This document shows positions 21,290-33,002 of a DNA stretch of 64,000 nucleotides, piece after piece. Position 1 is the stretch's first letter; every line of letters starts with the position of its first letter. The position numbers and the translations under genes are program-made. The stretch lies in IMG/VR virus record IMGVR_UViG_3300043470_000815; one strand, given 5' to 3'. The notes beneath the pieces are model-generated. The model was not told where the DNA came from. It ran no database searches and worked only from the letters and a program-made list of their open reading frames with translations. This DNA comes from a virus.

Positions 21290-21572
21290 CCAACTGTTTC
21301 ATTTTTAATACTAAATTATTTATTGCAGTCTGAATTACTTTAAACGCAAAACCCACATCATCATCAGATGAAAACGTTCCTTTACCGTCAATTTTATCCA
21401 TTTCAGTTTTGGCAGATACGAGTAGATATAATATCGCATCGTAATATTTTAAAAATTCTTCTTCTAAAATCAGACCTTTAGAAATTGCGTTTTCCAATGG
21501 TGTAATTTTACTATACAAATTATAGTTTATATATAAACTAATAATTAATAAACAGGTTACAATGTAGATCAT
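21264..21572 (-). CDS. membrane-anchored hypothetical protein
   Basis: N-terminal hydrophobic helix. Confidence 0.55.
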   Translation of the reverse strand: MIYIVTCLLIISLYINYNLYSKITPLENAISKGLILEEEFLKYYDAILYLLVSAKTEMDKIDGKGTFSSDDDVGFAFKVIQTAINNLVLKMKQLGGKTNDEE

Positions 21573-22309
21573 TTGTCGAAATCCTTGAAAATATCACCAA
21601 ATGGGTCGGTTGGTGTTTGTGCAATTGGGGCTTTATAGTTTGGTTGATAAAATTTGAATGCTGGTTTGGATGCTTGTACCCACCTTTCAAATTCAAATCG
21701 GGATGCTGCAAAATCAGCGTTATGTAAAATTTGATTTATGTTTGTCCTCGCACGTGTGTCAAGTTGACTACCAAAATAATACGCTTCATTTGCTTTATCA
21801 TAAATACCATCATGTGTTCGGATTGCTAAATATTCACTCCATGAAACTGGTACTTGATATTCTTGCAAGGTAAATAAACTTAAATCGGGAATCAGCATGA
21901 ATGGTTGGTTGGGATCATATGTATAAAGTTTACCCAAATTATCCCTATGCCATTTAGATGGATTTAGTTGATATGGATTATATTCACCAGTCATACCAAC
22001 CTTCCCAAGATCGTGGTGATATGCTGCGAATAGTAACTCATTCAATGTAAAGTTATCTATTTTTAATCCACGTGATTTCCAATGTTCGTATTCAATTTCC
22101 GCAAATTCCGCTACCCTCAAAACATGGTCAACATATCCGCCTGTAAACGCATTATGGTAATGTTCATTTCCACTGGCTGGTAATGTTACAATACGGTCTT
22201 CAAAATAGTCATACATATTGTTTAGATTGACTATTCGATCAGGAAACAATTTGTTTATGTTATCCCTGAATTTTTTATAATTGTTGTTTATTTCTTTTAC
22301 AGATAGCAT
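21569..22309 (-). CDS. HD-domain phosphohydrolase
   Basis: HNAF.GGYVDHVLRV, HHDLGK, THDG, HNAD. Confidence 0.85.
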   Translation of the reverse strand: MLSVKEINNNYKKFRDNINKLFPDRIVNLNNMYDYFEDRIVTLPASGNEHYHNAFTGGYVDHVLRVAEFAEIEYEHWKSRGLKIDNFTLNELLFAAYHHDLGKVGMTGEYNPYQLNPSKWHRDNLGKLYTYDPNQPFMLIPDLSLFTLQEYQVPVSWSEYLAIRTHDGIYDKANEAYYFGSQLDTRARTNINQILHNADFAASRFEFERWVQASKPAFKFYQPNYKAPIAQTPTDPFGDIFKDFDK

Positions 22310-22324
22310 TTCTTAAATTTATTT

Positions 22325-22912
22325 TTATCCACCAAACCCATTTGATCGGGTAGATGTTGAACCAAATCCACTTGATGGTTTGGATGGTGTGTAATTAGTT
22401 TTTGATGTAGTAAACCCTTTACTTTGATTATAAGTCGGTTTTGGTGTATTCGTTTGAATAGGAGCAGTTTTTACATTATTAAACCCGTTGGAAGGTTTGT
22501 TTGTGTTCCTACTTTGGTTGTATTTTATACGATCTGAAATTGGTTGATTAACATCGGACTTCGTACCATAATAATTATTTACAACTGTATTTGTCGTTGT
22601 TCGGTAATTTCGTTGACGATCATTCCAATCATTGTCGTTATAATGTTGGTTGCGATAATTGTAAACATTATTCATTCCACCAGCCATGTTCATTAACGAT
22701 TGGAACATCATTAGTTCCATGAAAAATTCCGCACCCGAATGGTCTTTAACGACGACAACTTGACTCCCACCCGGTTGTGTAACGATTTGATGTGTTCCAT
22801 GATCTTGAATTGGGACTGGTTGGGGGGATGAATGACAATTTGATAGTATTAATACAACTGTTAAAAGTGATATTTTGTTCATATTATTAATTAGGCAATA
22901 ACTTAGGTACAC
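22325..22912 (-). CDS. putative lipoprotein with low-complexity tail
   Basis: LLTVVLILSNC lipobox; PS.GF repeats. Confidence 0.55.
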   Translation of the reverse strand: MYLSYCLINNMNKISLLTVVLILSNCHSSPQPVPIQDHGTHQIVTQPGGSQVVVVKDHSGAEFFMELMMFQSLMNMAGGMNNVYNYRNQHYNDNDWNDRQRNYRTTTNTVVNNYYGTKSDVNQPISDRIKYNQSRNTNKPSNGFNNVKTAPIQTNTPKPTYNQSKGFTTSKTNYTPSKPSSGFGSTSTRSNGFGG

Positions 22913-23219
22913 CTACAAAATGCACCTGTGAAATTAAAAAATCTTGTGAAGTTACATAAGCATTTTCACCTTTTTCTTGGGCGGTGTAAAAACTTACAGT
23001 AACGGTGCTAGTTGTTATTTGGGAAACGTAACCCAACAACCCAATGTATTCAATATCAGCGATTGTATCCTGAATTTGAACAACATCATTTAATGATAAT
23101 GTGTGCATAAGATGTAAAAAATTAATGATAAATAAATAATTGTTACGATAATTGAAATTATAATTCCAGTTAATAGATATAATTCAATTTTATTTTTTAA
23201 AAGTCGTCGTAAATAAACT

Positions 23220-23735
23220 CTAAAACGTTTCATATTCTATATTCAACATATTTAATTCTGTTATCGGTAAATATGCCAAACCATAACGATGATATGTTGA
23301 AATAAACCTTTCGATAAATTTATTTAACAAACGATCATTCATTTCTTTAACAACTGATAAAATCCGATGTAGTTTTTGGGCATCATACACAATTCTAATA
23401 GTAGATGATAAAAATACTGATTTATGTTCAAGTAAATTTAAAAATTCTAAGTGAAAATGTCCACGATAATAAATTTGACAATTTTCATTTATTAAAAATT
23501 TGTTTTTTAGATATGTGATAAAATCACTATAATCTTGTTCCAAATCAGTATCACCAACCATGAATAAAATAACCGATTGGTTTTCCGCGACAGTTTCCAT
23601 TTTGTCACGAACCGTTGCGATTAATTGCAACGATGTTAATTTTTTTGCAAGATCAATATCAATTAATACTTGTGTACTGGTTGTTGATGATGGTTCATCG
23701 TAAATGTTTATCATAAAGAATTGTTTTTGTACCAC
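23220..23735 (-). CDS. hypothetical protein
   Basis: 171-aa ORF. Confidence 0.55.
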   Translation of the reverse strand: MVQKQFFMINIYDEPSSTTSTQVLIDIDLAKKLTSLQLIATVRDKMETVAENQSVILFMVGDTDLEQDYSDFITYLKNKFLINENCQIYYRGHFHLEFLNLLEHKSVFLSSTIRIVYDAQKLHRILSVVKEMNDRLLNKFIERFISTYHRYGLAYLPITELNMLNIEYETF

Positions 23736-23799
23736 TTAACACGCTGTTCACGTGACATATTTCGTAATTGGCTACTGGTTAATTGTTGGGGCGTTTCGA

Positions 23800-24762
23800 C
23801 TAAAGTTTTTTTTTATCTTCTTCCGATGGTGGGGGAGGGTTAATGACAGAATCAATCATTTCATTAACTTTACTTTTGCGTGGACGACCTAGTTTTTTAT
23901 TAACAGCACGTGGTTTTTTGACTGGTTCTGTTTGTTCTTCAATAACAACTGGTGGTTCTTCGGTTTTTGTTTCTTTGGGTGGTTGGATCGAAAAATAAAC
24001 CCACAACAAACACAATGCAACTGGATCAAATATCAATATTATCAGTAATAAAAAATAATTTACAACCGAATCCATATTGATACCCGAAACGGTAGAAATA
24101 AATTTCAGTGGCCCAAGTTCAGATGTTGCCGTACTTGAATATTCAGTTTCAATCATTTTTAAAGTAAATGAACCGATACTATCATTAACATTTAATATCT
24201 TTTGTTCCAATGAAGTTTTATCTAACAATGCTTTATCAAGTTGATTTTGAACTCCAGTCTTATTAGAACTTATAATATTTGTAATAACTTTTCCGTTAAC
24301 GACCTGCTGTGTTTGGTTGTCCGTTGAAAGTGCTGACCTAAGTTTTTCAATTGATGAATTGACTGAAACAAGTTGGGTTTGTAATTCCTGTTTGGTTGTG
24401 TCAAATAATTGTTTCTTTGTTTTTATTAAAGATACCTTAGTTTGCACGTAATTGTCCTTAGATTTAGTTATTGAATATCCATCGGATAATAAGCCGTAAA
24501 TACCTAAAGATGTCAATACAGACAAAATTATCAATGAACCGATTAAGTAATTCCTTAGATTTTTATTCAAGGCTTCATATTCGGTTTTCAATACCGTTGC
24601 AATTAACAACTTACCAATTGCAAACCCAACCCCCATTAAAATTATAATAATCTTATAATCACTCCCACCCAACAGTTTAGTTAAACCAAAAATGGAAATA
24701 AATTCAGCAATAATCGAAATGAAAATTGCTGAAATTAAAATATATTTTCTGTATTTATACAT
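23800..24762 (-). CDS. membrane protein with coiled coil
   Basis: Three N-terminal TM helices, coiled coil, C-terminal TM IFDPVALCLL. Confidence 0.65.
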   Translation of the reverse strand: MYKYRKYILISAIFISIIAEFISIFGLTKLLGGSDYKIIIILMGVGFAIGKLLIATVLKTEYEALNKNLRNYLIGSLIILSVLTSLGIYGLLSDGYSITKSKDNYVQTKVSLIKTKKQLFDTTKQELQTQLVSVNSSIEKLRSALSTDNQTQQVVNGKVITNIISSNKTGVQNQLDKALLDKTSLEQKILNVNDSIGSFTLKMIETEYSSTATSELGPLKFISTVSGINMDSVVNYFLLLIILIFDPVALCLLWVYFSIQPPKETKTEEPPVVIEEQTEPVKKPRAVNKKLGRPRKSKVNEMIDSVINPPPPSEEDKKKL

Positions 24763-24766
24763 GTAT

Positions 24767-24817
24767 ATAAGTTATGGTATCTCTTACCAAAAAACAAGGC
24801 TATTAACAAGTTGTTAA
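24767..24817 (-). promoter_or_regulatory. promoter variant with TTAAC-N5-GTTAA dyad
   Basis: Perfect dyad at 24803-24817, TTG, 20-nt spacer, but the -7 box reads TAACTTAT. Confidence 0.5.
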
Positions 24818-24823
24818 CATAAA

Positions 24824-25801
24824 TTAGACATTTTTGTTTAACCATTCAAAATACCAAACACGTGCTTTATTGGATACGGCTTTCATAATCTTTTTCACAT
24901 CCAACCCGTTTTGAACAATTGTATCCGTTTCTTCTTTAATAATATCATCAGCGACCCATTTAAGAAATGCTCCAGTTGTCTTTTCAGATACAACAATATC
25001 GTTAGATTTCATAATATCAATTCCTTGATTAAGGCGATTTTCAGTAAGTGCATATGTTACAAATTCATTGATGCTGTTTAATTCATCAACATCGACGGAT
25101 GCAAGTGTTGTGCGGTTGCTTGGAGAGTGTTTCTTACCAACCGATTTGAATACATAACGATGTCCATTATATTCAGTACTAAATACAATTCCTTCACCAA
25201 CCCCACAGACACCCATTTGTTTACCAACTGGACATTCATTTTCGACCGCAATGGTCAAATCAATAATTTCATTTTGCGAAAGTTCGGGATTGTTAAAATC
25301 AACTGTTACTTGGTAGGTTGGGAATTGACGAATATCCCAAATACCATATTCATTGTTATGTCGGGTAATATTGTTGACCCAAACATCGTCAATTTTCCAC
25401 CCAAAGATTACAAACATTCGAGGTAATTCACTAACAGCAACACCTTTTTGTATTCCTTTTCCGCACCATTCACCGTAAACTGCAATGTGATCGTTAAATT
25501 TAATTCCAGCAAATAGAAAATCTAAATCTACATTTGACATGAACAACTTGAATCCCATATTATCAGACGTTAATTCGAGTTCGCGTTCACGGGATTGGAA
25601 CTTGGTCGTGCCGTCTTTATACCTGACAATAGCGGCGTTCGTGCCATGAATTTTGACCGTTCCATTAAACGTTAAGGTCGGATAAGGCGAAGTGTGCTGG
25701 TAGATTGCTTCATCATTTTGATCCTTACCTTGGTAATCGTGATTAGTTTTGACCGCCCGAATAACGTTACGGAACTGGTCAATTGAAGGGTATTTTTTCA
25801 T
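24824..25801 (-). CDS. RNA ligase, Rnl2-like
   Basis: Motif I TVKIHGTN, VYGEW, VIFG, GEGIV, FKSVGKKH. Confidence 0.8.
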   Translation of the reverse strand: MKKYPSIDQFRNVIRAVKTNHDYQGKDQNDEAIYQHTSPYPTLTFNGTVKIHGTNAAIVRYKDGTTKFQSRERELELTSDNMGFKLFMSNVDLDFLFAGIKFNDHIAVYGEWCGKGIQKGVAVSELPRMFVIFGWKIDDVWVNNITRHNNEYGIWDIRQFPTYQVTVDFNNPELSQNEIIDLTIAVENECPVGKQMGVCGVGEGIVFSTEYNGHRYVFKSVGKKHSPSNRTTLASVDVDELNSINEFVTYALTENRLNQGIDIMKSNDIVVSEKTTGAFLKWVADDIIKEETDTIVQNGLDVKKIMKAVSNKARVWYFEWLNKNV

Positions 25802-26678
25802 AGATAAAATATTCTATTTTATTTTTAATTTTTAAATTTTAAAATAGCGTTTAAAAAATGTTTCAACTGTCATATAACTTAAAATTGTGACAATTATTAA
25901 AAGTACCAGTTCGATCCACCACCCAATTTCAAACAGACTATTAATTGAAATATTATAGTATTCAAAGAATGGTTTAAGAATGTAATAGTGTATAAGGGTA
26001 TTTACTATTATTGCAAATAATGTTTTGAATATTTTATAGTTCATGCGTTAAATTTTTGTAAAAAGTATTCCAATTCTACTTGGTAGATTGGATAATGATA
26101 AAAATATTCTTGTGTCATTTCAAATGCTGTTTGAATCAATTCACTAAATTCAAGTTTACCTGAATCATGTCGTAGTAATCCATCCAAACAGCCTTGATAA
26201 TATGCAGATATTGTACTTAATTTAAATTGGGATACTTCTGTTAAGTTAGACATACGGTAATCAATAAATTTGTTAATAAAACGATTACAAATTGAACCAC
26301 CATCACGGTTAATGCATCAATGCCTTGTAATGGTTTATATGAATATTGATTTGGTTGGTGGGGTATATCTTTCCATATAAAATATAGCCCAATATAAGGT
26401 ATTAAGTATTTTAGTTTCATTTTTTATTAATTAAATTCTTTTTGTGTTTTTATAAAAATAATGTTATCTGATGAATCCGTAATTATTCCACCTGATTCAT
26501 CCCACAATTCTTTTAGTTGATGCAATGAATAACTACACCATACTGGCTGGTGGGCGTAAGTTCTAAGTTTGAAATATTCACCAATAAAATTAAATGTTAA
26601 ATATGGGTTATTAATGTCTCTATGTTCCATTAATTAAATCTTTGATTTAATCGGTTAATAAAATTAAAATTTTATGTT

Positions 26679-27140
26679 TTATAATTTAATGTTAAATCTA
26701 TCACGCATTTTTAATATCGTTTCGTCAGGTACGTTGTGGTTATTTTTATTTCCGTGACGATTTTCTACAATTATCGTAAATACATCGTAATCATATTTTT
26801 TAGCCAAATCGAAATACGGTTGCATTTCCCATTCAGTTGTGAATGTATTTGCGATAAAGATTTTAAATTTATCGTCTCCTGCAAAATATGTATCATGTTT
26901 AAATGGATCGTTATATTTTATACTTCCGACATTTCCCCACATTAAACCTTCACATTGATCTTGACACCATTTATGTGCATCCTTAATTTTAGTTATATCA
27001 AAGTTATAATTCCCATCCGATTCTTCAAAATACATATCAGCACTTAGTGCTGGATATTTACCATTTTCGGATAATAAATTGGCAAGAGTGGTTTTACCAG
27101 CACCGGGTAACCCGCGAATTAAAAAAAGTGATTTATTCAT
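26679..27140 (-). CDS. AAA_33 P-loop polynucleotide-kinase-like protein
   Basis: RGLPGAGKTT, LSADMYF, AHKWC, ANTFT, N.HNVP. Confidence 0.8.
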   Translation of the reverse strand: MNKSLFLIRGLPGAGKTTLANLLSENGKYPALSADMYFEESDGNYNFDITKIKDAHKWCQDQCEGLMWGNVGSIKYNDPFKHDTYFAGDDKFKIFIANTFTTEWEMQPYFDLAKKYDYDVFTIIVENRHGNKNNHNVPDETILKMRDRFNIKL

Positions 27141-27379
27141 TGTTTAAAAGTAAAATTTTATCGAAAAGATTCTAACAATAGAATCTGTGAATTGTATAAT
27201 TTCATCGAATCGCGATACCAATCTCCATATTCCCTATACCGATAATCTATATAAAATCCGTATTTTTTAGGTAAGACATTAAGCATTTCCAAATCTTTTT
27301 CATCTTCAATATTCAATAAAGTTTGAACCCAATCAACTATACGTTGGGAACGGTTATTAGAATTACAAAGTATCATAAA

Positions 27380-27784
27380 TTATTTAAGTTTTTCAATAAG
27401 TGAATAATATTCATCAACATTCGGGGTTGGGAGTGTATCGTAGTATTCTTTTTCAATAAATCGCAATTCGGAAACAATATACTTTACAATTGCAGTATCA
27501 TAATGATATTCTACGGCAGATTTATCAGTACCTAACCAATAATTATATCCTTTTACAATATACCCAAACCGCCAGCAACTTGCGGGATGAATCGCTAATA
27601 AAAATTTTGCAGTTTGGAACGGTGTAAAATCGGGTGGTAAGTTATTTAAAATAATTTTTAAACAATCTTCGTTTAAGAATGGATTATAACCATCCAACCG
27701 TAAAATAATTGCCAAATCATTCCAAATATCATCTGTTTTTGGATACCAGCCTTTAGCGTATAAAAGTAAGTGTTTCAGTTTCAT
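27380..27784 (-). CDS. hypothetical protein
   Basis: 134-aa ORF. Confidence 0.55.
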   Translation of the reverse strand: MKLKHLLLYAKGWYPKTDDIWNDLAIILRLDGYNPFLNEDCLKIILNNLPPDFTPFQTAKFLLAIHPASCWRFGYIVKGYNYWLGTDKSAVEYHYDTAIVKYIVSELRFIEKEYYDTLPTPNVDEYYSLIEKLK

Positions 27785-28069
27785 AAATTAAATCTGCGAT
27801 TTAATAGGTTAATAAAATAGAATATTTTATTTTTTATCATTTAAAGTCATTGAAAAATAATTTTCCAACAACGTGTGAATTGATATAAATCCATAACAAA
27901 GTACGAACATTATTCCCGCTTCCCAATAAATCTGACCTTTACCAGTTAAATGATATGCCATCCAAGAAATAGTAAAATAAACGCCTGATAATAATCCAAA
28001 TATTATAAGTGGTGTAATTGATAATGATAGTATTTTTTTCATAAAAAGTTAAATTAGTAATTAATAGTA

Positions 28070-28120
28070 CAAAGATACATGGGTTGGGTGGTTTATGCAA
28101 TACCATTAACATTTTATTAA
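28070..28120 (-). promoter_or_regulatory. early promoter plus dyad
   Basis: TTAAT-N5-GTTAA-N5-TTG-N20-TATCTTTG. Confidence 0.8.
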
Positions 28121-28318
28121 TGATTTAACTTTTAAAAAACGTCGAATTACTTTTTCAACCGTATAGGGCCGCAAATTTCATTATAATATTTTACGGCTTC
28201 TATGTATGTCCAAAAACGGTGTACTTCAAAATGATCTTCGCCATTTTCGGTATAAGCATAATCCCAAATTTTCCATTGATTATTGTCGGGATTAAATTGT
28301 GGTTCATGTGTTTTCATA

Positions 28319-28950
28319 CTAATGATGGTCTATTTCGTTATAATATTGTCGGTCTTTTAGCAATTCAATCACGTCAGTCAATTTATATGGCTTTAGATCA
28401 TTTCCATCCACCCCAATATCCATTTGACGACCATTACCAAAACGATTATCACCCTGCCAATGTTGATGACCATGAAGTTGGTATGTGCCTTTACGGATTT
28501 CATTCCATGATGAAATTTTAAAATGAAACAGTACGAGTTTTACTTTTTCGATTTCAATTTCAAGATACTTTTGACGTGACGCGAACAAGTGATCCCATTT
28601 TCCTTTTTCTTGATGTGGATCGTGATTCCCGGTAATAAGATGTATTTCCTTAACATTCAACATGTTACGAAATATTTCAATGTTTTGCTCACCCGCGAAC
28701 GACCAATCCCCCAAGTGAAATAAAATTCCATCGTCAGGGATTAAAGTGTTAAAATTGTCTGCCATTTTTTGGGTCATTTCAAGCGGCGTATCAAAATCCC
28801 TAATTTTTAAGTCATTGCCGTTAATTGACCATTCGGTTGTACCACGCGTGATGTTTTTATGGAACGCATGTGTCAAGTGTCCGAGGTAATCCATACTCTT
28901 TCTAAAAGAGATTTACTGGACACCCCGGACATAATAGTGTTTTTTGTCAT
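28319..28950 (-). CDS. calcineurin-like metallophosphoesterase, frame-disrupted at the DxH motif (true start 28950)
   Basis: The frame from 28950 gives ...RVWITSDT then TGA (28875-28873); the other frame continues HAFHKNI...HLGD...GNHD...GHQH. Confidence 0.75.
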
Positions 28951-28963
28951 TTTAATTTAATAT

Positions 28964-29410
28964 TTAAAACTCGTTATTATTATAAATTGATGTTCTCGGT
29001 TTAGGTAAAAATTTCATACCACAATTTGGATAGTTTTTTCGGTATTCTGCCAAAAATTTTGTTGCTTTTTTTATACCATTTGACTGTTTGTATTCATCAT
29101 CAGTATCACCATCAAATTCAAAAACTTTACCAATATCTTCGGGATTTATAGATTCATCATCATAAACCATTACATAAGACTGTGTTGGAAATTTACCAGT
29201 TTCTAAAAATTCGATAAATCTCCACCCATGTCGTTGAATACAATGTTCACCGTTCCACCACATACGAAACTTTTTAAGTTTACCATTTTCAACAAAACAA
29301 ATATCAACAATTTCCTTTGTATAAGTAAACCAAATTTTAGTTTCGTCAAAGTTTGTAACAAATGTTTTGAATGCTTTTTCAAAAGCAGGTTTAGTTCGGT
29401 AATCTTTCAT
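28964..29410 (-). CDS. hypothetical protein
   Basis: 148-aa ORF. Confidence 0.55.
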   Translation of the reverse strand: MKDYRTKPAFEKAFKTFVTNFDETKIWFTYTKEIVDICFVENGKLKKFRMWWNGEHCIQRHGWRFIEFLETGKFPTQSYVMVYDDESINPEDIGKVFEFDGDTDDEYKQSNGIKKATKFLAEYRKNYPNCGMKFLPKPRTSIYNNNEF

Positions 29411-30043
29411 TTATAATTTATAGTTATCTGTAAGTTGAACATAAACTTCAACGGTAATAAACATAGAGGCACAACTTGTATCACCAACCGTATAAATATT
29501 TGCTGGTTTATAGTTGTTTTTATGGGTTGGTTGGGTAGTTGTTAAAAAACTAATTTTACCCGATTTATTAGCATAACTATTAAACGCAGTGTCTAGTTTA
29601 GTAATATCACCACCCATCTTTAAATAGGTATCCAAACTTATTTTAATTTTTTCCATGATTTAATATTTTTCAATGTTTACTAATCCTAAATCTCGAAAAT
29701 CGGATTTTAATCCTAGTTCATTAGGCAATTTACCACAATAATCTTCAAACATATATATGATTTCCAATGCTTTTGAATCATCAATGGGTACACCATCCAC
29801 CCGCCAACCACCATCGTCAATTGTAGTAATATTTACAGAACTGTTACTACCTGTGAAAATAGAAATGTTTAAAATACCAGCATCGTAGTCATAAACACCT
29901 TTAAAATCACCTGTTAAAAAAACTGCTTGATAAATATCTCCATGCGTTTTTTTAAATTTAGATGATTCTTTTAATATTGCGTGTAATTCGCGTATTGTCA
30001 TATTTTTTTAATAAAATTTTAATTTTATCTTTTAATTATACTG

Positions 30044-30094
30044 CAAAGATAGGTAGGTGGGGTGGAATGTACAACCCCATTAACATTTTGTTAT
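30044..30094 (-). promoter_or_regulatory. early promoter plus dyad
   Basis: ATAAC-N5-GTTAA-N5-TTG-N20-TATCTTTG. Confidence 0.8.
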
Positions 30095-30526
30095 CAAATT
30101 TAAGGCTTTAAACAATCCAACCTCCAGTGCTTGTTCAAATGTTATAAATCCTTGAAATTCACCAATTAATTGAATCTGTTCATCGTCATAAGTCTGACCA
30201 TCGTGGATATTTTTTGCATCAAATTTATCAATATTATACAAATAACCCAATTTTTCTTTGCGATTGTAGAAGTTTACAGTAACATAAACTTCGATATTAT
30301 GTTCATCCCTAAGCCATTTTTGAAGTATAACTTGTGATGGAGCAGAGATCATTGGAAATTTTAATTTACCTAACCCGTTTTCAATTTCAGAATTACACCA
30401 TTCATCTTCGTAATGGCGACTTAATTCACAATGTTCAACATCATAATAAAAGGCAGAATTTTCATTAAAACCTTTAGTCTTTGCTAGGTTGGCAGTTTGA
30501 TATTTTACAATTTCTTGAGTAACCAT
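30080..30526 (-). CDS. conserved hypothetical protein of Bacteroidota phages
   Basis: AP.Q..LQKWLR..HNI.V...FEQALE.GL..AL pattern. Confidence 0.6.
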   Translation of the reverse strand: MVTQEIVKYQTANLAKTKGFNENSAFYYDVEHCELSRHYEDEWCNSEIENGLGKLKFPMISAPSQVILQKWLRDEHNIEVYVTVNFYNRKEKLGYLYNIDKFDAKNIHDGQTYDDEQIQLIGEFQGFITFEQALEVGLFKALNLITKC

Positions 30527-30540
30527 ATCTTTTCAAATTT

Positions 30541-30810
30541 TTAATAATCCCATTCGGAATCGTTGATTCGATAACCATTTTCGCGAAGTAATGATACAAG
30601 TTCAACAGCACATTTTGGACACAATTCCATTTGTTGTAGATCACCTCCCCCACATTCGGGAAATGCCTCGCCTGTTTTATGTTTAAATTCGCAATTAAAC
30701 GCATCATAACTGTCTATGTGTATTTTATTATTACATTTGTCGCAAAGTGTATAACTTTCAATAGTTACTTCCACTTCTTTTAATTGCGTTTCGGTTTTTA
30801 TTATTTGCAT
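30541..30810 (-). CDS. small zinc-finger protein
   Basis: CDKC...CPKC. Confidence 0.55.
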   Translation of the reverse strand: MQIIKTETQLKEVEVTIESYTLCDKCNNKIHIDSYDAFNCEFKHKTGEAFPECGGGDLQQMELCPKCAVELVSLLRENGYRINDSEWDY

Positions 30811-30815
30811 ATATT

Positions 30816-31862
30816 TTAAATCTTTTCAAATTTAGGTTTAATCAAGTTCCAAATTAACTTATCGGTCAATTCGGTGTTATTATCGTATTTCGCGAATAGA
30901 ATTTTTGGATAAATTTTAATAAAATATATTTTACTACATTCATTTACAAATTTTGCAAATTCCTTTCGGGTGGTTGTTTCATGTTTTTGAAATAAATAAT
31001 CATAATACGAATTAATATCCCTAAACCATAATTTCAAATTATTTTCATACTGTTTAATTTTATCATAAAATTCATCAGGTACATCATTCAATATCGAAGA
31101 GACTGGTTTACCATCCCGTAACGCTTCCCAAACCGCCGTAGTTGAAAGATTAGTCATTTGCCGATGTAACCGTACATAATCTGCAAATTTGATCTTACAC
31201 CGATTACCATTAGCAAATTTAACGACAAATCCTTCGTGGTTTTGCCAGTTTAAAGATTTCAAATCTGAATAAGATGTATAAGGATATTTTTTTACATAAT
31301 TTAACCCATATTGTAGGGTATAATCAGCAAGTCCGTCAAAGTATTCGATTTTACCTGTTGGGTGGAAAATTCCAGTTAAAATTAGGTCGGGTTGCTCATA
31401 TTTAACAACAATTTGTTCAAATCCTACCAATTCAAAACAATATGTTAATAATTTGGCCCGACAATTTAGTGCAAAATCCTTATATTTTTCAAACAATATT
31501 CTTTTAGCCTCAACCGCGTAAGGTGAAGTAAATGAGCCACGCGAATTTACAACCAATTCATTATTATACCAAAAAATTCCGATGTACTGTCCGTCTAATT
31601 TGGAATAGACTTCAAACTGGTCGGTTGGAGTGTGTCGATTTTCTTCCAAGTTAAAGAATTTTTTGAATCCCTTGGAAATGATATTACCTTCATAATCTGT
31701 AACCAGTCCACGACATTCAATTAATAATGGATATTCGTCCCACAAATTTTCATATTGAACTTTGGCAGTATAATTCCAAATGTGTAAGGATAAGGTTGGG
31801 TGGGATTGAACCGTAACTAACCCATCCTGTAAATATTGCTTTAGTATTTGTTTATTTATCAT
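30816..31862 (-). CDS. T4 Rnl1-like RNA ligase
   Basis: ECRGL, KKFFN, KLDG (adenylated Lys), SRGSF, FEL, EGFV, KIK..DY..LH. Confidence 0.9.
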   Translation of the reverse strand: MINKQILKQYLQDGLVTVQSHPTLSLHIWNYTAKVQYENLWDEYPLLIECRGLVTDYEGNIISKGFKKFFNLEENRHTPTDQFEVYSKLDGQYIGIFWYNNELVVNSRGSFTSPYAVEAKRILFEKYKDFALNCRAKLLTYCFELVGFEQIVVKYEQPDLILTGIFHPTGKIEYFDGLADYTLQYGLNYVKKYPYTSYSDLKSLNWQNHEGFVVKFANGNRCKIKFADYVRLHRQMTNLSTTAVWEALRDGKPVSSILNDVPDEFYDKIKQYENNLKLWFRDINSYYDYLFQKHETTTRKEFAKFVNECSKIYFIKIYPKILFAKYDNNTELTDKLIWNLIKPKFEKI

Positions 31863-32091
31863 TTTATTTTATATTTTTTTCACGAATAAAATATTATTTT
31901 ATTTCTAATTGTTTAACTTGATTCATTATTTTATCAGTAAGTTCTTTCATTTCCGAAACTCGAATAGAATCTTCTTTAAATGTATCTTCAACTGCTTTCA
32001 ATGCACATCTACATAACCAATCTATATCAGTGTGAAATTCTGAATAATCAGTATATTTGAATTTTAGTTTAAATTTTTTCTTTTTCATAAT

Positions 32092-32891
32092 TTAGCAATT
32101 TATAACAGATATAGTTAAAATGTGTTTACCGTTATATTTGGTACATGTGAACAATCTACGTGGAATCTTTTTCATCACTTTTTCGGTTAGTCGGAGTGAT
32201 GATAATTTAGTAGAACCTTCATCAATTACCGAAACCCAATTTCCACGAATTTTACTTGGTTGAATAAAATCACGTGCTTCGCGATAGGTTGGGAAAAACC
32301 AATTGTTGACTTGACCGCTTGCTGGAATAAATTCGGTTACGAAATATGTCATAATTTAATAGTAGATATAGTTAAAATATGTTTACCGTTATATTTAGTA
32401 AACGTGGTCAATCTATACGAATGACCTTTCCACCGTTCAATAGTTTCAATGGGTGGATGTTGATGATTAATATATGATTTTTCATCAATTACCGAAACCC
32501 AATTTCCACGAATTTTACTTGGTTGAATAAACCTTCGAGCAGATAGGTAGGTTGGAAAAAACCATGTATTTACTTGGTTGGTATGTGTATTCAATTCAGT
32601 AACAAAATAAATCATAAATTATTTATTATTTACGTGAATGGTTATGATTGTGTCAATATCTGTAAACATTGCAACTTGGAATGCCCATTGACTCGCAGAC
32701 TTTGGAACAACTTTTACCAAAACTTCTTTAGGTTGATGTGGAAATTTCTTTACCAACTTAACATCACCTCCCACCCATTTTCCTTTATTCGGAAAACCAT
32801 TAATAGAACGACGGGCAGATAGGTAGGTTGGGTGAACCGTTATGAAACTGTGATTCAATCGTGTGTTGAAATTTGATACGATGTATTGCAT
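32092..32891 (-). repeat. three tandem paralogous small CDS (32092-32352, 32349-32615, 32619-32891)
   Basis: Shared PTY..AR motif; the first two share FIQPSKIRGNWVSVIDE and TKYNGKHILTIS. Confidence 0.85.
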
Positions 32892-32951
32892 TTTATTTAT
32901 TAATTTTTATCAAGAAAACCTGATATGTGTGAATAATTATTATTAATAATA

Positions 32952-33002
32952 CAAAGATACAGTGGTTGGGAGGGTTAAACAAGACCGTTAACAAATCATT
33001 TA
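32952..33002 (-). promoter_or_regulatory. early promoter plus dyad
   Basis: TAAAT-N5-GTTAA-N5-TTG-N20-TATCTTTG. Confidence 0.8.

Noticed and set aside
23220-23735. ClpP-like protease
   Set aside because: Only a vague resemblance; no catalytic Ser/His motifs.
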